A DNA stretch of 20,000 nucleotides from Chiloscyllium plagiosum (Eukaryota): the NCBI RefSeq assembly GCF_004010195.1, contig NC_057759.1, positions 4,795,184 to 4,815,183 on the forward strand, written 5' to 3'. The notes under the pieces are model-generated. The model was not told where the DNA came from and did not search any database. It worked only from the letters and a program-made list of their open reading frames with translations. Of the stretch, positions 9,528 through 20,000 are shown piece after piece. Position numbers and translations under genes: made by a program. Positions within the stretch are counted from its first letter, which is position 1; the number at the start of each line of letters is the position of its first letter.

Positions 9528-10065
9528 CATAAGAGCTAGGAGCAGAAATGGGCAGTCTGGTCCTTCGAGCCAATTCCACCATTCAGTATTGTGGCTGATC
9601 CTTTCATGGCCTCAGCTCCACTTACGAATCCTCTCACGATAACCCTTAATTCCGTCATTGTTTAAAAACTTATCTATCTTAGCTTTAATCGCATTTACTG
9701 AGGAAGCCTCAAGTACTTCACTGGGCAAGGAATTCCAGATTCACAACCCTCTGGGGAAAGAGGTTCTTTCACAATTCTGTCCTAAACTTGTTCCTCCTAA
9801 TTTTGACGCTATGCCCTTTTGTCCCAATTTCACCTACCAGTGGCAAAATCCTCTCTATGCCTGTCTTATCTATTCCCTTCATAAATTTATATGTTTCCAT
9901 AAGATCCTAACTCATTCCTCTAAATTCCAATTAATATAATCACTGTTTACTCGGACTGTCTTCATAAGCCAACTATTTCAACCCTGGAATCAACTAATGA
10001 ACGTCCTCTGCACAGCCTCCAGTTTGAGTGCATGCTTTCTTAAGTGAGGAGACTAAAACTGCACG
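9528..10065 (-). mobile_element. CR1 LINE 3' fragment (subfamily with CATAAGA tail)
   Basis: CATAAGAGCTAGGAGCAGAAATGGGC tail, GGCAAGGAATTCCAGATTCACAACCCTCTG and degraded RT C-terminus up to the gap. Confidence 0.85.
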
Positions 10066-10080
10066 NNNNNNNNNNNNNNN
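10066..10080. other. Assembly gap (15 N)
   Basis: Run of N directly before the minisatellite. Confidence 1.
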
Positions 10081-12794
10081 GACAGTGGGATAGCAATCTC
10101 CGACAGGACAGTGGGATATCACTCTCCGACAGGACAGTGGGATATCAAACTCCGGCAGGACAGTGGGATAGCAATCTCCGACAGGACAGTGGGACAGCAA
10201 TCTCCGGCAGGACATTGGGATAGCAATCTTCCACATGACAGTGGGATAGCAATCTCCGACAGGACAGTAGGATAGCAATCTCCGACAGGAGAGTGGGACA
10301 GCAATCTCCGGCAGGACATTGGGATAGCAATCTTCCACAGGACAGTGGGATAGCAATCTCCGGCAGAACATTGGGATAGCAATCTCCCGCAGGACAGGGG
10401 GATAGCAATCTCCGACAGGAGAGTGGGACAGCAATCTCCGACAGGACAGTGGGATGTTAATATCCGACAGGATAGTGGGATAGCAATCTCTGACAGGACA
10501 GTGGGATTGCCATCTCCGACAGGACAGTGGGATATCACTCTCCGGCAGAACAGTGGGATAGCAATCTCCGACAGGACAGTGGGACAGCAATTTCCGACAG
10601 GACAGTGGGACAGCAATCTCCGGCATGACAGTGGGATAGCAATCTCCGGCAGGACAGTGGGACAGCAATCTCCGATAGTACAGTGGGATATCAATATCCG
10701 ACATGAAAGTGGGATAGCAATCTCCAGCAGGACCGTGGGATATCACTCTCCGAGAGGACAGTGGGATATCAATCTCCGGCAGGACAGTGGGACAGCAATC
10801 TACAACAGGACTGTAGGACAGCAATTTCCAACAGGACTGTGGGATAGCAATCCCCGATAGGATAGTGGGATATCAATCTCCGGCAGGGAAGTGGGATAGC
10901 AATCTCCGATAGTACAGTGGGATATCAATATCCGACAGGAAAGTGGGATAGCAATCTCCAACAGGACCGTGGGATATCACTCTCCGACAGGACAGTGGGA
11001 TATCAATCTCCGGCAGGACAGTGGGACAGCAATCTACAACAGGACTGTGGGATAGCCATCCCCGATAGGATAGTGGGATATCAATCTCCGGCAGGGAAGT
11101 GGGATAGCAATCTCCGATAGTACAGTGGGATATCAATATCCGACAGGAAAGTGGGATAGCAATCTCCAACAGGACAGTGGGATATCACTCTCCGACAGGA
11201 CAGTGGGATATCAATCTCCGACTGGACAGTGGGATATCAATCTCCGACTGGACAGTGGGATATCAATCTCCGATTGGACAGTGGGATCTCAATCTCCGAC
11301 TGGACAGTGGGATATCACTCTCCGACAGGACAGTGGGATATCAATCTCCGATTGGACAGTGGGATCTCAATCTCCGACAGGACAGTGGGATAGCAATCTC
11401 CGGCAGGGAAGTGGGATATCAATCTCCGTCAGGACAGTGGGATAGCAATCTCCGACAGGACAGTGGGATAGCAATCTCCGATAGGACAGTGGGATATCAC
11501 TCTCCGACAGGACAGTGGGATATCAATCTCCGATTGGACAGTGGGATCTCAATCTCCGACAGGACAGTGGGATAGCAATCTCCGACAGGACAGTGGGATA
11601 TCAATCTCCGGCAGGACAGTGGGATATCAATCTCCGACAGGACAGTGGGACAGCAATCTCTGGCAGGACATTGGGATAGCAATCTTCCACAGGACAGTGG
11701 GATAGCAATCTCCGACAGGACAGTAGGATAGCAATCTCCGACAGGACAGTAGGATAGCAATCTCCGGCAGGACATTGGGATAGCAATCTTCCACAGGACA
11801 GTGGGATAGCAATCTCCGACAGGACAGTGGGATGTTAATATCCGACAGGAGAGTGGGACAGCAATCTCCGACAGGACAGTGGGATATCAGTCTCCGACAG
11901 GACAGTGGGATATGACTCTCCGACAGGACAGTGGGATATCAATATCCGACAGGATAGTGGGATAGCAATCTCCGACAGGACAGTGGGATATCAATCTCCA
12001 ACAGGATAGTGGGATATCACTCTCCCGTAGGACAGTGTGATAGCAATCTCCGACAGTACAGTGTGATATCAGTCTCCGACAGGACAGTGGGATATGACTC
12101 TCCGACAGGACAGTGGGATATCAATCTCCGACAGGAGAGTGGGATAGCAATCCCCGATAGGACAGTGGGATAGCAATCTCCGACAGGAGAGTGGGATAGC
12201 AATCTCCGACAGGACAGTGGGATAGCAATCTCCGGCAGGACAGTGGGATATCACTCTCCAACAGGACAGTGGGATAGCAATCTCCGACAGGACAGTGGGA
12301 TGTTAATATCCGACAGGATAGTGGGATAGCAATCTCTGACAGGACAGTAGGATATCAATCTCCGACTGGACAGTCTGATATCAATCTCCAACAGGACAGT
12401 GGGATAGCAATCTCCGACAGGACAGTGGGATATCACTCTCCGGCAGGACAGTGGGACAGCAATTTCCGACAGGACAGTGGGACAGCAATTTCCGACAGGA
12501 TAGTGAGACAGCAATCTCCGGCAGGACAGTGGGATAGCAATCTCCGGCAGGACTGTGGGACAGCAATCTACAACAGGACTGTGGGATAGCAATCCCCGAT
12601 AGGATAGTGGGATATCAATCTCCGGCAGGAAAGTGGGATAGCAATCTCCAACAGGACAGTGGGAAATCACTCTCCGACAGGACAGTGGGATAGCAATCTC
12701 CGACAGGAGAGTGGGATTGCAATCTCTGACAGGACAGTGGGATATCAATCTCCGACAGGACAGTGGGATAGCAATCTCCGACAGGACAGTGGGA
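10081..12794. repeat. 26-bp minisatellite, consensus GACAGGACAGTGGGATAGCAATCTCC, ~104 visible units
   Basis: Direct tandem periodicity of 26 nt with variant cores TAGCAATC, TATCAATC, TATCACTC, CAGCAATC and TGTTAATA; accounts for all repetitive ORFs in the track here. Confidence 0.98.
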
Positions 12795-15700
12795 GCCAGT
12801 TCTTTATCCACCTAGCTGGAACACCCTGCACGCCACGTGATTTCACTTTCTCTATTCGTTCATCAAATGCCTTACTAAAGTCAATGCATATGACATATAT
12901 AGCACTTCATGTTTCAACTTGGTCACTTCCTCAAAGAACTCTATTAAGTTGGTAAGACACAATCTGACCCGCACAAAACCATGTTGCCTATCACTGATAA
13001 GCCCATTCTTTTCCAAATATAAATAGACTTAATCCTTCAGTGGCTTCTCCAGCAACTTTCCCACCACTGACGTCAGGTTCATTGGTCTGTAGTTACCTGG
13101 AATATCCCTTCTTGTATAGGGGACAATATGAGCAACCCTCCAGTCTTCTGGCACCTCACTTGTGTTTAAAGATGCGACAAAGATATCTGTCAGTGCCCCA
13201 GCTATTTACTCTCTCGCCATCCTCAGCAATCTGGGATAGATCCAATGCGGTCCTGGGGATTCGTCCAACTTAAAAACCTCTAGCCTACCCAAAAACCTTC
13301 CTTATTTATGTCAATGTGATCCAGAGTAAGCAAAGTTCTGTCTCTAATTTCAACATTCATCATGTCCCCCTCATCAGTGAACACTGATGCAAAGTAATCA
13401 TTCAGAATTTCACCCATTCTCTCAGGTTCGACACACAGTCTTCCTTCATTGTCCTTTAGTGGACAAATCCTTTCCCTAGTACCCACTTTTTCTTATATAA
13501 GAATTTAAGCCTTTGGAATTCTCCTTAATTCTGCTCACTATAGCTATTTCATGATTCCTTTTAGCCTGCTTGATTCCTCGTTTAAGACAGGTCCAAGTCT
13601 CCCGATATTCCTCCAGGGCCCTTAGCTGCTTGGACTTTATGTACGCTTCCCTTTTCCTCTTGGCTAGTCAAACGATTTCTCCTGTCATCCACAGTTCACG
13701 AATCTTGCCTTTCCTATCTTTTACTTTCAACGGGACATGCATATCCTGCACTATCTTTCACCTATCTTTGAAAGCCTACCATATATCAACTGTGGAATTC
13801 CCTTCAATAGCTGTGTCCAATCCCCATTTCCCAGCTCCTGCCTAATTTTGATGTAATTGGCCTTGCCCACTCTCATATTTATCTACGAGTATTATAAAAC
13901 TTACAGAATTGTGGTCACTATTCCCAAAGAAACCCCCCAACGTAACTTCTACCACCTGGCTTGGCTCATTCCACAACACCAGGTCCAATATGGCCCCTTC
14001 CCTCGTCGGAGTGTTGAGATATTGCTCTAGAAAACTCTCCTGGATGCTTTTTAAAAATTCTGCCCCATCCAGACTTCTGACACAAAGTGTATCCCAGTCA
14101 ATGTGGGGAAAAATCTCCCATCATCACCACCCTGTTGCCTTTACATCTTTCTGTAATCTATTTACCTATTTGTTCTTCTACCTCACGCTAACTGCTGGGA
14201 GGCCCAACAATGTAACTGAAACCTTCTTATTTCTCAGCTCCACCCATAATGCCTCGCTACCCAAGTCCTCCATAGTGTCCTCCTTTAGCATAGCCGTGAT
14301 ATTATCCCTCACCAGCAATGTAACTCCTCTCGCACCCCCCCCCCCCCCCGTCCCCCAACACACACATTTTTACTTCCCTCCCTGTCCTGTCTGAAGCATC
14401 TATATCCTGGAACATTTAGTCGCCAATCATGTCCTTCCCTCAAACAAATCTCTGATTGCAATAATACCATACTCCCAGGTACCAATCCAAGCCCTAAGTT
14501 CATCTGCCTTACCCACTGTACTCCTTGCATTGAAGTACATGCACTTCAGGCCACAAGTTATTTTGCGTTCATCTGCTCTCTGCCTACTCTTCCCCTTATT
14601 AATGCTGTCTCCATGATCCTTATAGTCTCCAGTTTCTACCTCGCTGTCTTCTCTTCTGGTTCCCTGCCCCCTGCCACATTAGTTTAAAACCTCCCCAACA
14701 GCAGTAGCAAAATCTCCCCCAAGGCCAATGGTTCCAGTCTGGTTCAGATGTCGACCGTCCAATTTGTAATAGTCCCACCTTCCCCTGAACCAGTCCCAAA
14801 GTCCAATAAATCTAAACCCCTCCATCCTACACCATCCCCCAAGCCACGTGTTCATCCTGCCGATTATTACATTTCTACGCTGGCTAACAGTGGCACTGGT
14901 AGCAATCCCGAGATCACTACTTTTGTGGTCCTCCTTTTTAATTTCTCTCTTACCTCCCTGAATTCTGCTTTCAGGACCTCATCTCGTTTTTTACTTATAT
15001 TGTTGGTGCCTGTATGCACCAAAACAACTGGCTGTTCACCCTCCCCTTTTAGAATGCTCTGCAGCCGATCGGTGACATCCCTGACCCGAGCACCTGGGAG
15101 GCAACGTACTATCCAGGAGTCCCATTTTCGGTCATAGAAACGCCAATCTACTCCCCTTACAATTGCATCCCCTAATACTATGGCCTTACGAGTCTTTTTC
15201 TCGCCACGTGCCATGATCTTGGCAACTGCTGCCCTCCCCTGCTGAGCCATCTCCCTCAACAGTATCCAAAATGGTATACCTGTTTTGGAGGGAGATGACC
15301 GCAGGGTACACCTGCACTGCCTTCCTACTCTTTTTCTGCCTTTTGGTCACCTAATCACTGTATCCCTCAGCAATTCTAACCTGCCGTGTGACCAGTTCAC
15401 TAAACGTGCTATCCACGATCTCCTCAGTATCGTTGATGCTCCACATTGAGACCATCCACAGCTTCAGAGCCATCATGCGGTCAAATAAAGGGTACAGCTG
15501 GACACACTTCTTGCAAGAGTCAAGAACGTCAGCCACTTGCCTGAGCTCCCACATCAAGCAAGAGGCACATGCCACGGGTCTGACTTACCCTGCCATTGTA
15601 AGCCTTAGCTTTAAATAAACTAACTAAAACCAAACAATGCACTTAAATATCTAAAATAAAAGAAAGAGAAAATAAAATCCTACCTTACAGAGTGTTTTTC

Positions 15701-15969
15701 TTCTGGTTAGCGGAGGAGGAGTGGTGCAGAAGGGAGAAACTATACGTGTAGTATCTCAGGTTTAGCCGCTACCCAAAATACATACTAAGTCCTTACCTTC
15801 CCGGCACTCTCCTGGTCTCCACGTCACCTTTGCTCTGTCTCCTGCTGCTCCCGAACAGGAAAAAGGCTACGGGCTCCGAAAGTAAGAACTTAAACAGTGT
15901 CCTTACATTCCCTGCACCCTCCTGGTCTCACGTCACCTTCGCTCTGTCTCCCATTGCTCTCGGACAGGA
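12795..15969 (-). mobile_element. CR1 LINE retaining 5'UTR, ORF1 (Cys motif + SGNH esterase), APE endonuclease and N-terminal RT; degraded and internally deleted
   Basis: ORF1 from ATG ~15596: CASCLMWE..CKKCVQL and AIVLGDAIVRGVD..CLPGARVRDV..VLVHTGTNNI..KVVISGLLPVP. APE: DWRLNVPGYRCFRQDREG..GVTLLVRDNI..EALWVELRNKK. RT: CLTNLIEFFEEV and IDFSKAFD near 12860-12960. Confidence 0.93.
15789..15969. repeat. ~72-bp direct duplication (period 110) in the CR1 5'UTR
   Basis: GTCCTTAC..CTCCTGGTCTC..CACGTCACCTT..GCTCTGTCTCC..ACAGGA at 15789-15860 and 15899-15969. Confidence 0.85.
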
Positions 15970-15977
15970 TATTGTGT

Positions 15978-16796
15978 AACTTGAAAGAGTTCAGAAAATA
16001 TATACAAGGATGTCTCCACGGTTTGAGGATCTGGTGGTGAATATGCTGAGGCTGTTTTCCCTAGTGCACCGGAGGCTGAGGGGTGACAGGAGAGACATTT
16101 AGAGTCATAGAGATGTACAGCATATAAACAGACCCTTCGGTCCTACTAGTCCATGCTGAACAGTTATCCCAACCTAATCTAGTCCCATTTGCCAGCACTT
16201 GGCCCTTATCCCTCTAAACCTTACCGATTCATATACCCATCCAGATGCCTTTTAAATGTTGCAATTGTACCAGCCTCCAGCACTTCCTCTGGCAGCTCAT
16301 TCCACACATTCATCACCCCCTGTGTGAAAATGTTGACCCTTAGGTCCCTTTTATATCATTCCCCGCTCACCATAAATCTATGCTCTCGAGTTCTGGACTC
16401 TTACACCTCAGGGAAAAATACTTTGTCTACTTATCCTATCCATGCCCCTCATGATTTTATAAACGCCTATGAGGTCACCCCTCAGCCTTCAACTTTCCAG
16501 GGAAAACAGCCCCAGCTATTCAGCCTCTCCCTGTTGCTCAAATCCTCCATCCTGATGGTGGAGTCCAGAAGTAGAGGGTAATAGGTTTAGGGTGATGGCG
16601 GGGGAGTGGGAGTTTTAAAAATGACCTCAGGGGCAATATTTTCATTCAGAGGGTGGTCTATGTGAAGAATCAGCTGCCAGAGGAAGTCGTGGATGCTAGT
16701 ACAATTATGACATTTAAAAGGCATCTGGATAGGTATATGAAAAGGAATGGTTTAGAGGGATGTGGGCCATTCGGACTAGATTAGGTTAGGATATCT
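15978..16796 (+). mobile_element. CR1/HER1 3' fragment split by an opposite-strand CR1 insertion
   Basis: 15978-~16090 (LERVQK..RRLRGD) resumes at ~16550-16796 (GAGTCCAGAAGTAGAGGG..AGCTGCCAGAGGAAG..GGACTAGATTAGGTTAGG). Confidence 0.8.
16101..16549 (-). mobile_element. CR1/HER1 LINE 3' fragment (nested)
   Basis: AGAGTCATAGAG tail, 3'UTR and RT C-terminus (ERLNSWGCFPWK..GDLIGVYKIMRGMDR) on the minus strand. Confidence 0.9.
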
Positions 16797-17183
16797 CTAC
16801 GACTTTGGCTTGCCACTAACGTTTGGCACATTTGTATGTTCAGTTTCGCTCTGGTATCAGTGTCAATGCATTGATGCCTTATTCACCCACCCCAACCCCC
16901 TTCCCGGGGATGTTAACTATTTCGTGTAAAGTTGTTTCTCAAGAATCTGCATTGCAGATTCATCCTGAATTTACACACTTTTTATGCCTCCCAAAATCAA
17001 GCCCGCTCAATCTCAGCAGTATCCCAATGTTGTGAAAGATATTTACTTTTCAGGTGGAGTTATCTAAAGAGATACCAGTCTTGACATTTTGATTTTCTGC
17101 CCCTGTAAGATCCTGAATCAGCACATTCAGGAGAATTAGTCAGAACGGAGTGAGAACAGAGCGGGAGAAAAAGAGCATGGGAT

Positions 17184-17683
17184 NNNNNNNNNNNNNNNNN
17201 NNNNNNNNNNNNNNNNNNNNNNNNNNNNNNNNNNNNNNNNNNNNNNNNNNNNNNNNNNNNNNNNNNNNNNNNNNNNNNNNNNNNNNNNNNNNNNNNNNNN
17301 NNNNNNNNNNNNNNNNNNNNNNNNNNNNNNNNNNNNNNNNNNNNNNNNNNNNNNNNNNNNNNNNNNNNNNNNNNNNNNNNNNNNNNNNNNNNNNNNNNNN
17401 NNNNNNNNNNNNNNNNNNNNNNNNNNNNNNNNNNNNNNNNNNNNNNNNNNNNNNNNNNNNNNNNNNNNNNNNNNNNNNNNNNNNNNNNNNNNNNNNNNNN
17501 NNNNNNNNNNNNNNNNNNNNNNNNNNNNNNNNNNNNNNNNNNNNNNNNNNNNNNNNNNNNNNNNNNNNNNNNNNNNNNNNNNNNNNNNNNNNNNNNNNNN
17601 NNNNNNNNNNNNNNNNNNNNNNNNNNNNNNNNNNNNNNNNNNNNNNNNNNNNNNNNNNNNNNNNNNNNNNNNNNNNNNNNNNN
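17184..17683. other. Assembly gap (500 N)
   Basis: Run of N. Confidence 1.
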
Positions 17684-17755
17684 TGTTGGACTATAACCTG
17701 GTGTTGTGTCATTCTTAACATTGCACACCCTACTCCAGCACCTGCACGTCCACAT
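17684..17755 (+). mobile_element. 3' part of a common shark short repeat (Penelope-like tail), truncated by the gap
   Basis: TGTTGGACTATAACCTGGTGTTGTG..CACCCTACTCCAGCACC..TCCACAT resembles a recurrent elasmobranch repeat tail (recalled, not searched). Confidence 0.5.
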
Positions 17756-18225
17756 TATTATGAATGATTTGGATGTGAAGTTGCACCTATTGTTAATGGT
17801 TTGCAGATTACACAAAAATTGGAGGTGTCGTGGCCTGCAAAGAAGGCTACCTCAGAATACAGTTGGGCGATTGGACCCAGGAGTGGCATATTGAGTTCAA
17901 TTTAAATCAATATGAGGTGTAATAATTTGCAAAGGCAAATCAGGGCAGGACTTACACACTTAATATTAAGGTCCTGTGGAGTGTTGCTGAACTAAGAGAC
18001 GTTGGAATGCGGATTCATTGTTACTTGAAAGTAGAGTTATAGTTAGATGGATAGTAAAGAAGACATTTATATGTTTTCCCTTACTGGTCAGAGCTTTGAG
18101 CATGTAACTTAGGAGAACACATTGTGAGTGTACAGAACATTGGTTATGCCACTTTTGGAATATTATGTGCAATTCTGGTTTCTCTCCTATGGAATGGATG
18201 TTGTGAAACTTGAAACGGCTATTCA
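17756..18225 (+). mobile_element. CR1 RT fragment
   Basis: Degraded NDLD..FADYTKIGG (RT FADD motif), FNLNQYEV, and YRTLVMPLLEYYVQFWF..DVVKLE. Confidence 0.85.
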
Positions 18226-18724
18226 AGCTAATTTTTGGTCCAAAGAAAAGGCTTAAAATTTGGGAAGATATATAGTGAAAGATGTGAAGGCTGCAAACAG
18301 ATCTAAATTCTGCCAATGGCAGGGAAAAGGGATTTGACTAACAAAGAGCAAATGAAGAAAACAGTAATGTTGCAGAAGCCATGAAAGAAAAAAAAACAGT
18401 TGAAGCAAAAATAAATGTGTAAAGGGAGAAAAAGGTTGTAATGTTGTCACTTACAACATTAAAAAGCGGAGTTTAAAATGGGGAATAAAAACATCTCAAA
18501 AATTTCTAACATAATGTTGTTCTGTATTCACAAATGTTCAAACAACTAACACAGTAGTAATGTTGGGGAGTTTACTGAGAGGGAAAAACTGAACCAAATC
18601 AGTATTATTTGGGAAATGATGTTGGGACAATGGGTAGGATCGAAGATTGGGAAAACCAGGTCTTGATCATCTATGTCCCAGAGTATTTAATGTAGTGAAC
18701 TGAGTAGTACTGGATGCAGTGGTG

Positions 18725-18855
18725 ATTCCTGGTGAAGGGCTTTTGTCCGAAACATCGATTTTCCTGTTCCTCGGATGCTGCCTGACCTGCTCTGCTTTTC
18801 CAGTACTACTCTGATCTAAACTCTGGTTTCCAGCATCTGCATTCCTCACTTTTGC
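18725..18855 (+). mobile_element. Hammerhead-bearing short retroelement with a perfect 15-bp TSD
   Basis: CTGGATGCAGTGGTG at 18710-18724 and 18856-18870; starts with CTGGTGA-A-GGGCTTTTGTCC-GAAAC (18729-18753). Confidence 0.85.
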
Positions 18856-18929
18856 CTGGATGCAGTGGTGGTCATGTTCCAATATTCTATAAACTCTGCA
18901 ATAATTTACACAGATTGGGGCTAGCTAGT

Positions 18930-19165
18930 GTAAGCAATCCAATGGAAAAGGGAGGTAGGTATAAAATTGTGAAGTATAGACCAGTCAGCCTGCAGGGAAA
19001 AATCAAAATGAAAGCTTCAATTGACAAATCAATTGACAAAGCAGTATTCAGGATCTGCTAGAGACAGCATGAACATGAAGGGCCTGTTTCAGTGCACACT
19101 GTTCTGTCTTCTAAGCTTGACAAACCGACTGGCCATCTTTGAGGATGTAAACAGTGGAGCTGATG
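18930..19165 (+). mobile_element. Old CR1 RT fragment
   Basis: KGGRYKIVKYRPVSL (NYRPVSL) and SLTNRLAIFEDV (CLTNLLEFFEDV). Confidence 0.65.
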
Positions 19166-19351
19166 AGAGTATAACAGTTACTGAGGAGAAAAATTACAAC
19201 TAACTCCCTGGACACCGCAGCAAAGGCTGAAAGGAGACATTCTATCCTTCCACACTTACATTTGGTGATATTTCTGGCGTGTGACTGTGTGAATGTGAAT
19301 ATTGTGTCAGAGAGACTGTCGGAAAAGGGCGGACGGTGAGATTAACGTAAT

Positions 19352-19358
19352 TGTGTTT
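19352..19358 (+). promoter_or_regulatory. H1 TG-box (inverted H1-box) TGTGTTT
   Basis: Exact reverse complement of the H1-box, starting 354 nt upstream of it. Confidence 0.65.
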
Positions 19359-19705
19359 GTGTGTCCGCGAATATTATGATATTTCCAAGTCTCTCTTACG
19401 TAACTCAAAAATATTTACAATTCAGGTTATCCCTCTGTTCCCCTTCTAAACCCCAAAGGTAGAATTCAAATCAATATATTTGTAAGTTTCAAGATTTCGG
19501 TCTAAAAGTAGCGACAATGTCACCGTTCAGCTCAGAGAGCGCCATCAGTGCTGCAGCAAAACGCGTTTAACTCGACAACGGAGCCGTCAATTCGAGTGAA
19601 AACTTTTCGGCCGTAAAGCTTGCCGTGTCAGGGTGAGGAGCGATCGAGCCTGGTTCACTGGAGATGCGGAATTTCAGAGGAATCGGAGAGTTTAGGCCGT
19701 TAGAG

Positions 19706-19712
19706 AAACACA
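19706..19712 (+). promoter_or_regulatory. H1-box (AC box) AAACACA
   Basis: Canonical histone H1 promoter element 155 nt before the ATG; followed by GC-box-like GGCGGG at 19740-19745. Confidence 0.85.
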
Positions 19713-19860
19713 GAAAGGCAGCAGGAGCAGGGAGCTGACGGCGGGTTGTCCCTGCGCCGTCCGCTCGCTGCCTTGAAGTTGCTCAGTGCCGCCCCCAGCA
19801 GCTTCATTGCTGACCCAGTTCAGACTGACCAAGAGAGAGATTCAGCGCAGAGTTCTCAAC

Positions 19861-20000
19861 ATGAGCGACAGTGCAGCCGCCGAAACGGCTCCTCCAGCCG
19901 CCGCTCCCACCAAAGCCAAGGCTCCCAAGAAGAAGGCGGCGGCTCCCAGGAAGAAAACACCCGGTCCCGGGTTGGGAGAGCTGATTCTGAAGGTTGTCGG
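19861..20000 (+). CDS. Histone H1 (5' part; runs off the window)
   Basis: MSDSAAAETAPPAAAPTKAKAPKKKAAAPRKKTPGPGLGELILKVV: H1 N-terminal tail entering helix 1 of the globular domain; CpG-rich promoter with an H1-box. Confidence 0.93.
   Translation, partial: MSDSAAAETAPPAAAPTKAKAPKKKAAAPRKKTPGPGLGELILKVV

Noticed and set aside
9994..12955. Long Cys/Pro-rich ORFs and CRISPR-like periodicity
   Set aside because: These arise from a stop-poor 26-bp tandem unit; there are no unique spacers or cas genes, and the context is eukaryotic.
17060..17815. Long ORFs in the track
   Set aside because: Artefacts of translating through the 500-N gap.

Overview
This is repeat-rich vertebrate genomic DNA, almost certainly from a cartilaginous fish (HE1-type V-SINEs, HER1/CR1 LINEs, shark-type histone H1). 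The main discovery is at 1-~4790. On the minus strand, by manual six-frame reading against adenovirus proteins recalled from memory, this stretch looks like a heavily degraded fossil of an adenovirus E2B region. It carries the C-terminal part of preterminal protein (pTP, ~4780-3850) followed by a near full-length protein-primed family-B DNA polymerase (~3900-110). Motif order and spacing are adenovirus-like, and two host retroelements interrupt the polymerase. This suggests an ancient germline endogenous adenovirus-like element, which needs a frameshift-aware search to confirm. The rest holds a C2H2 zinc-finger pseudogene, two HE1-like SINEs, many CR1 fragments (one retaining 5'UTR, ORF1, APE and part of RT), four short repeats with hammerhead-ribozyme-like cores, a ~2.7-kb 26-bp minisatellite and two assembly gaps. 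The window ends with the promoter and first 46 codons of a histone H1 gene.
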